Of a stretch of DNA of 64,000 bases, positions 58,001 to 64,000 are shown one piece after another. Location: contig NC_043015.1 in the NCBI RefSeq assembly GCF_006345805.1, positions 6,014,001 through 6,078,000 on the forward strand. Direction: 5' to 3'. The stretch's first letter is position 1; each line of letters starts with the position of its first letter. Source of the stretch: Octopus sinensis. Lineage: Eukaryota. The notes under the pieces were generated by a model. That model saw nothing but the letters and a program-made list of their open reading frames with translations, was not told the DNA's origin and did not search any database. The position numbers were made by a program, and so were the translations under genes.

Positions 58001-58689
58001 ATGTATATATCGCTTCAAATTTGTCTTGATTGTGTCATTTAACACACCATATTCAATTATAGACTCATATAATATGCACACTGCAAAATAAGTCTAACTC
58101 ATATAGAACTGGAAGGTTGAAGAAAAGCAGTCCGGTCTACTGTGTTCAATAGAAATTGTTGAAAATATCCGGGCCATATCAGTTTGGTAATCAATATTGT
58201 GATCTTTGCACAGCGGAAAAAAGAGAATCATAAGAATATATTCATAAACAATGCTTTTTATTTAGACGCATAATGAAAACGTCGGGGTCTCACATTGGAA
58301 AACTCCTTAAACAACATACCACATATTATGAGGAAGGAAACAGTTCACCTAAATAAAAAAATAAACAGAATCAAACGATACAGATTCTTCATACTGCTTC
58401 ACTTCCAACTACATTTTTCTTACATCTTCGAAATTAATTCCTCTTATCACTGATCTAATTTTTCTTCCTGTAACCACCTTTCCTTAAGCTCTAATATATC
58501 CCTCACATTGATAGAAGCTACTCTACCTCAAACGCATTTATGATATGCCATTTGCTAATATTCATGCCGTGTATAGCGCTATGATCATCGATAATAATAA
58601 ATTTAAGGAGAAATATCAGACTTCACAAGTGCGAGTTTCTCTTCTTTACAGACGCCAAAATTCGATATACATATTGATTTAAAATATTT

Positions 58690-58860
58690 TCAAACTCATG
58701 CTTGTATACCGCATTGAAGGGATGAACCGAAAAAATTTCCTTAACTACAGATCTCGTACTTATTCTATCGGCCCCTTCTTCCTGAACTGCTTGTTACAAG
58801 ATGTAGGCAGACCAACACCAGTAGTTGAGCGGTGATGAGGCACATACACAAGCAAAAAGG
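58690..58860 (-). mobile_element. Degenerate family B SINE, 3' part
   Basis: GTACTTATTCTATCGG...ACCAACACCAGTAGTTGAGCGGTGATG resembles 3880-3960. Confidence 0.6.
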
Positions 58861-58959
58861 TACACTCACATATACACATACATGCATACATACGTACGTA
58901 CATACATACACGCATGCCTACATACATACATACTGTTACTCTATTCAGATTACAAGTTC

Positions 58960-59395
58960 AGGTTTAACACTGCCTAAATACCAATCTTCAGAAAATAGGA
59001 TTCTTAAAACCAGAAAGGAGAAAGCTAATTCGAATACTACAGGTCCATCACTGGAACTGTAAAAATCTGTAAAACTTTCCAGAAGAAGTTATCATTTAAG
59101 TATATATGAGCATGACTATATATACAACTGTATGCATGAGAATACGTAAAAAACATACAAATTTGCACATACATACATACACACAAACATACATGTATAC
59201 ATGCATACATAAATACGTACATACATACATATATAAATAAATATGTACATACATACAACAATACCCTGTTGTTGATGTTGAAATTCCAATGAAGGAAGCT
59301 TGGATCTAGGTTAGGAACCGGTTCATTCTCTACTGGCAATAAATCTTGAAATAAACTGACTAATGACATACTCATGCACATACTCATATATATAA
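58960..59395 (+). mobile_element. 3' end of a non-LTR retrotransposon (probably RLE-type), with an internal (ACAT)n tract
   Basis: Peptide NLQKIGFLKPERRKLIRILQV, then a frameshift, then ITGTVKICKTFQK, followed by a 3' UTR-like segment. The clade assignment is from memory. Confidence 0.5.
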
Positions 59396-59904
59396 TTGTG
59401 TTTAAATATTTATGTAAACATATATACATAAATATATTTCTATTTTCCAGTAGCAAGACTTTAGTCGGTCCATGGCTATTTTTGAATACACGTCTCAAAG
59501 GAGGCGTGCATTGGGACTGAAAACGGAATAATGTGGTTAGAAAGGAAATTTCTTTCTACAGACCTACACCTGCACCTACAGCAACGCCAGTGCGTATACA
59601 TGCACGAACACACACACACACATACACAAACAAACACACGCACGCCCACACACATACACACACACACATATATATGCATACGCATTTTACCATATGCATA
59701 TAAGCATTCTTGCACATACACATATGTTGTGGGTTACCTAGTTATTTAGTCATCTGATTTGTCATCCAATCGAAAAGCGCGGGAAAGTCAGAATAAATTC
59801 TGAGTAAATATTGTTTGAAAGGAAAATAAATCAACTCTAGATTAAGTATAAAGCGTCTCCCCTCCCCTTATATAAATACTTTGATTTGTATACACACTCC
59901 ACTC

Positions 59905-59949
<45 letters not shown>

Positions 59950-60513
59950 CTTACTTATTTTCTGTCAAACATCCACCTACACTTATATACTTCAGTAAAT
60001 GTAAATATAATGGTTTATTGATTGAATATGTTCAATTATTTATATTGCCTGTGTATCGTTTCAGTTACCTTTTTGTATGCGATTTCTATTATAATCTCAT
60101 TATCAAATATGTTGAAGATGTAAATGCAAATGTTTAATGAAAATAGCTGATTATGTTATTTCCTGCACTTCATGATATTCATTTGTAACATGGCGTAGCA
60201 CACGGATTTTTAGAAGTAAAATTCGTTGCCCTTTTAGCTTGATTTCAATAATTTGGTTCTTACATTTGCACAAGTGCATGCATATTTTAAGAGGATAGAG
60301 TAGAGTAAATCGCCCTTCATACTTAACACATACATTACTGCTTCAACTTTTCCCAAAGCTAGATATGAAACTATAATATAATTAATCGAAATTAAAGATC
60401 GCATTACTTCTTACGTTCGTTCAAGTGATTCTGTCAAGCTCTCACGTTTCTCTTTTAATATTAAAATAATTATACATAAGGTGAGCATGAAGTTATGTGT
60501 GTGTTCCCGTTTT

Positions 60514-60554
<41 letters not shown>

Positions 60555-60574
60555 CTAATATACATCATAACAAG

Positions 60575-60792
60575 GCAGCTAGCATGCTGAATCGTTGCCA
60601 CGCTATACACAAAGCTTAGCGGTATTTCTTCCGTCTTTACGTTCTGAGTTCAAGTGTTGCCGAGGTCGGCTATTCCTTTCGTGTTTTCAGAGTTGTTTAA
60701 ATAAGTAGCATTTGCGCATTGGGGTCGATGTAATTGACTCATTTCTTACACACGAAATTGCTGGCCTAGTGCCAAAATTTGAGACTAATATT
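60575..60792 (+). mobile_element. Family A SINE with a third tail variant
   Basis: CTTAGCGGTATTTCTTCCGTCTTTACGTTCTGAGTTCAAG...GGGGTCGATGTAATTGAC...AAATTGCTGGCCTAGTGCCAAAATTTGA. Confidence 0.8.
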
Positions 60793-62149
60793 AAAAATAT
60801 ATGCGTTATAGGACGCGCACGCTGATTTGTTGAGTTAAGTGAAACGTTGTGTCAAATAAAAATGTCTCATGATATTTACTGACTTATTACAAATATGTAT
60901 GATGAAATTAAATACCATCAGGTGCAATGTTGCCATTCTTTCTTCCGTTGTCGATAACTGAGGTACCCGTCAATTGATGAAGTCGATATATTTGAATTCC
61001 CCCTTCTTCCCGAAGAAATGAATTTTTAGCCATGCCTCAACCTGAGAAATGCTTAATATGAAAATTAATCTTGATACGAATATATCATATATGTTATCGT
61101 GAAGATTTCAAACTTTACGATGTTTGATTAATAATATCTACATTATTTGTATCCCTTTTCATGATGAATATTTATGATTCTCTCTTCGATTTACATAAAT
61201 ATTTTGAAGAACTATTCAAGTACAGAACAGACTAGTAAAGGCGAAGTTTTGCACTTACAAATTTGATGAACAATTTGGTAAAGTGTACTTATACTTCAAG
61301 CATAAATAAGTTTAAAGTAAACTTATCCTAGAGTTCTCTTTTCAAGATAGAATATTTTTTTTTAATTCTCAGTCAATGGCATTTTCTCTATAATGAACAG
61401 AGTAATTTCCATCATAGTGTTGTATAAACACTAACTTATATCTGATAATAGAGGAACTGCAGTTATTCTTATAGATTATGTTAATGTTAGTTTTGTATAT
61501 ATTTACATCGATGTCACTGCGGACTAAGAACATTCTTTGTAGCCATGACACTGTATCAGTGAGTCACTTAGTAACTATGTATCTACCTTATAATGAAACT
61601 TTTGCGTAGTTTGAGAGGAACATGGCTTTATACTGTTTAGAGACTATACAAATTATTATATTGCTTCCGCGTTCTCATTTTGTAGAATCGTTTAATATCT
61701 TCTCTCAACACTTGAATAGTGCGTATCGAATTAAGTTACTGGAAGTAAGAGCAGTAAACCATTGCAGACTCGACTTACGAGAATATTGCCAAGAACGAAA
61801 CAGTAGAATAATGCGTTGCAGTAAATGTAGCATTTTGAACAAGGAGACACGTACAACATTGAAGTTGTAATAATTAAACCAATACAAGTTCCATGTTAGA
61901 ATCATAGCTTACATATATCCACCATATCGAAAACGTTACATATGCTAGAACGGACAAAAGAGAAGCCCAGGTTTATTATATTTTATTGTAAGAATAGAGT
62001 GAGATTTATTAATATTGTTTTGGTCCCCTAATCGGAATTATTCTTCCTCTTCAGTAGCACCATGCTGAGTACTGATCAAATTGAAAACAATTAGGCAATG
62101 AAAATATTCCAAATTATGAATGACGGTGCATAAAGATTTGCGCAATGTC

Positions 62150-62600
62150 TGGATTTTAGATGGGAGCGCTGTGCTTGTTAAGAGCAGGCAAGAGGAATGA
62201 GTTTGGGAGTTAGGACCTGGACGTAAAATGGACCCAGGAACTGGTAGAAAAAGCAAAGAGAATAATTTAACATATCAGTTGCCATCGACTGGAATGTATT
62301 GAAGAGAGAATTCATGTTAATCAATAAAGAAATTTTTACTCGGTTTCAGAAATTATGCGTAACAGTGTTGGTAGAGATTAGGGAGTAGTAATCATGTGTG
62401 GAGCTTACGTAAGCATTGCTGATGTTTAGTAGTTATTAGGCAGAGTTTGATGAATTTACTTGATCGGAAAGTTGATAATGGTGATTGTAACAGGAGGGTT
62501 TCTGGGGATAGCAAATATTCTACTTCATAGATACGTATGAGCGATATTTCATGCTGTTTATAAAGATAAGCGGATGATTTAGATATTCTAGTTATACAGA
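62150..62600 (+). mobile_element. Possible APE-type LINE endonuclease relic
   Basis: Scattered fragments DGSAVLVKS, VIMCGAY, VIVTGGF and LDILVI loosely follow the APE motif order. The spacing is imperfect. Confidence 0.28.
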
Positions 62601-63703
62601 GGTTTGTAGGGAATTGATTTTTTTTTTTAACGTTTCCATTTCAGATACAATTTTTCTCGATAATAAAAAAAAAACATTGTGATAAACGATTGACAATTTA
62701 CGAATTGTTTATCATAAATCGCTTTAGACTCAATCATTAGGCAAGGAAAAATAGACAACTGTAACTGAATCATTACATGATGGAAGCAAACAAAATATGT
62801 TAAATATAAAAAAAAACAAGCAATACATGATGAAATACGTACACACATGTATACATACACACATACACAAACACACACGCACACATGCACACACACATAT
62901 TAACAGCGTGAACATGCAATTTGAAATAATAGACTAACCCTCAAGAGATTTTTTCCAATCCAATAAAATAATATCGATTTTAATCAACGATATACCACGG
63001 CGTATATTCCTAAGTTACCCGCAAATAGAAAATCGTACTACAATATTTATTTAATGATATAATACATAGTTAAATAGATTTATCTTCGGTGAATGGTTAT
63101 GCTTAAATGATAATTATTTTGCTATCGTCACGCACTGGCAGAAATGGTATGAAATTAATACTTGTCTGGAATAAATTTAGAGGGTATGTCTCTTTTCCTT
63201 TATGAACAGCCATGGCACGAGTGTATTTCAAGGAAATTGAACGGACGGTTATAACACAAGTATATTTCAAGCAAATTGCACACAAGTGTTATTAAATTGT
63301 TCCTTTCCTGTCTGGAGTTAATTAGCTTATATAATGCATAATATAGGTGGAAGCGTTTTCATGTACGTAACATGTTTGCACAGCAAACATGGTTAGGTGA
63401 TATGTGTGACACGTTGGAAATGTTTTCTACCGTGTTTTCTGGGTGTGAGTGGCCCAACTACGTCATATGTGTAAAAATAGTTTCATGCATGTGTTTGTGT
63501 ATGTGTGTCATATCATGTCAAAAGCTGTCTTAACAATTAGCTACAAACTATTGCTAAAATAAATATCAGCATGAAAAAAGATGTATGGTATGTTGTGAGT
63601 GCCTTAAAATCCTTGAAAGCTGGTCCCTACTATAGCTGCAGTCTTATGAAGCAAAGTGTTAAAAGAACCAAAAATTTCCCTTTCCCTCACGCTATATATC
63701 TGT

Positions 63704-63704
<1 letters not shown>

Positions 63705-63781
<77 letters not shown>

Positions 63782-63841
63782 TATATAATATATATATATA
63801 TGTATATATATAATATATATGTATATAATATATATATAATG

Positions 63842-63897
<56 letters not shown>

Positions 63898-63904
63898 TAT
63901 GTAG

Positions 63905-64000
<96 letters not shown>
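63705..64000. repeat. (TA)n microsatellite running off the right edge
   Basis: Direct reading. Confidence 0.95.

Overview
AT-rich, microsatellite-dense animal genomic DNA. It is most likely from an octopod cephalopod; this is inferred from recalled SINE families and repeat landscape, not from a database search. The only host coding sequence I can support is one 150-nt minus-strand neuroligin exon at 19882-20031, with canonical splice sites. No adjacent neuroligin exon was found, so the rest of the window appears to be two very large introns. These introns contain: a frameshifted Penelope-like retroelement (RT plus C-terminal GIY-YIG) running off the left edge; several minimal hammerhead-ribozyme motifs in small elements, mostly beside or inside TA/CA microsatellites; a composite tRNA-head / (AAT)n / hammerhead element with a Penelope-style inverted copy at its 5' end; three tRNA-derived SINE families (labelled A, B and C here), one with internal ~184-bp multimers and one with swapped 3' tails; several decayed LINE relics; a near-perfect 1.15-kb tandem duplication; and a few inverted-repeat structures. 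Almost all ORFs in the supplied track are microsatellite artefacts.
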